A stretch of DNA of 63,393 bases, filler included, from Basidioascus undulatus (Eukaryota), in NCBI GenBank assembly GCA_000826855.1. It is 10 parts of 10 records of this genome, joined end to end, with 100 filler letters (N's around TTAATTAATTAA, not from the genome) between each part and the next. Parts side by side here need not be neighbours in the genome. Positions count along the whole stretch, not along the records: positions 57,160 to 63,393 come from JTLS01001781.1; 9 more parts are not named here. One strand, given 5' to 3'. The notes beneath the pieces were generated by a model, which ran no database searches, was not told where the DNA came from, and worked only from the letters and a program-made list of their open reading frames with translations. Shown piece after piece: positions 63,392 through 63,393 of the stretch. Within the stretch, counting starts at the first letter, position 1, and every line of letters begins with the position of its first letter. The translations under genes were made by a program, and so were the position numbers.

Positions 63392-63393
63392 TT

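Noticed and set aside
1..63393. Apparent cluster of chromatin/DNA-repair genes (SNF2-RING, Brn1, E(z), Mus81)
   Set aside because: Each is on a different contig concatenated by length, so there is no evidence of linkage.

Overview
Eukaryotic DNA: a GC-rich, intron-dense basidiomycete fungus (probably Pucciniomycotina; inferred from GTGCGT/GTACGT donors, CTGAC/CTAAC branch points, microexons and gene content). The window is not one locus. It is ten separate ~6.2 kb contigs, sorted by decreasing length and joined by an artificial 100-nt linker (44 N + TTAATTAATTAA + 44 N), so neighbourhood across linkers means nothing. Recognisable spliced genes: Rad5/Rad16-like SNF2-RING helicase, condensin kleisin Brn1, a Def1/UBAP2-like protein, a Caf120/Skg3-like C-terminus, an E(z)/Kmt6-like CXC-SET methyltransferase, epsin, an AcpS-type PPTase, eIF3a, Mus81, an MFSD1-like transporter, Tad1, an eIF4A-like protein, a bZIP factor, an acyl-CoA synthetase, F-box/LRR-like genes and tRNA-Leu(AAG). 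The most notable signals are: (i) three apparently intact genes with altered catalytic motifs (E(z)-like RFINAS instead of NHS, DEAD-box-like AQAPPTLDR instead of Walker A, alpha/beta hydrolase AHGLS instead of GHSAG); (ii) several intron-retaining gene copies with internal deletions (Pxa1, Ctr, APH-like kinase), two of them beside a CpG-purged tract; (iii) two abrupt gene truncations at purine-rich tracts that may be misassemblies. I found no evidence for a multi-gene novel system. Gene identities come from manual translation and motif recall, not database searches, and some boundaries are approximate.
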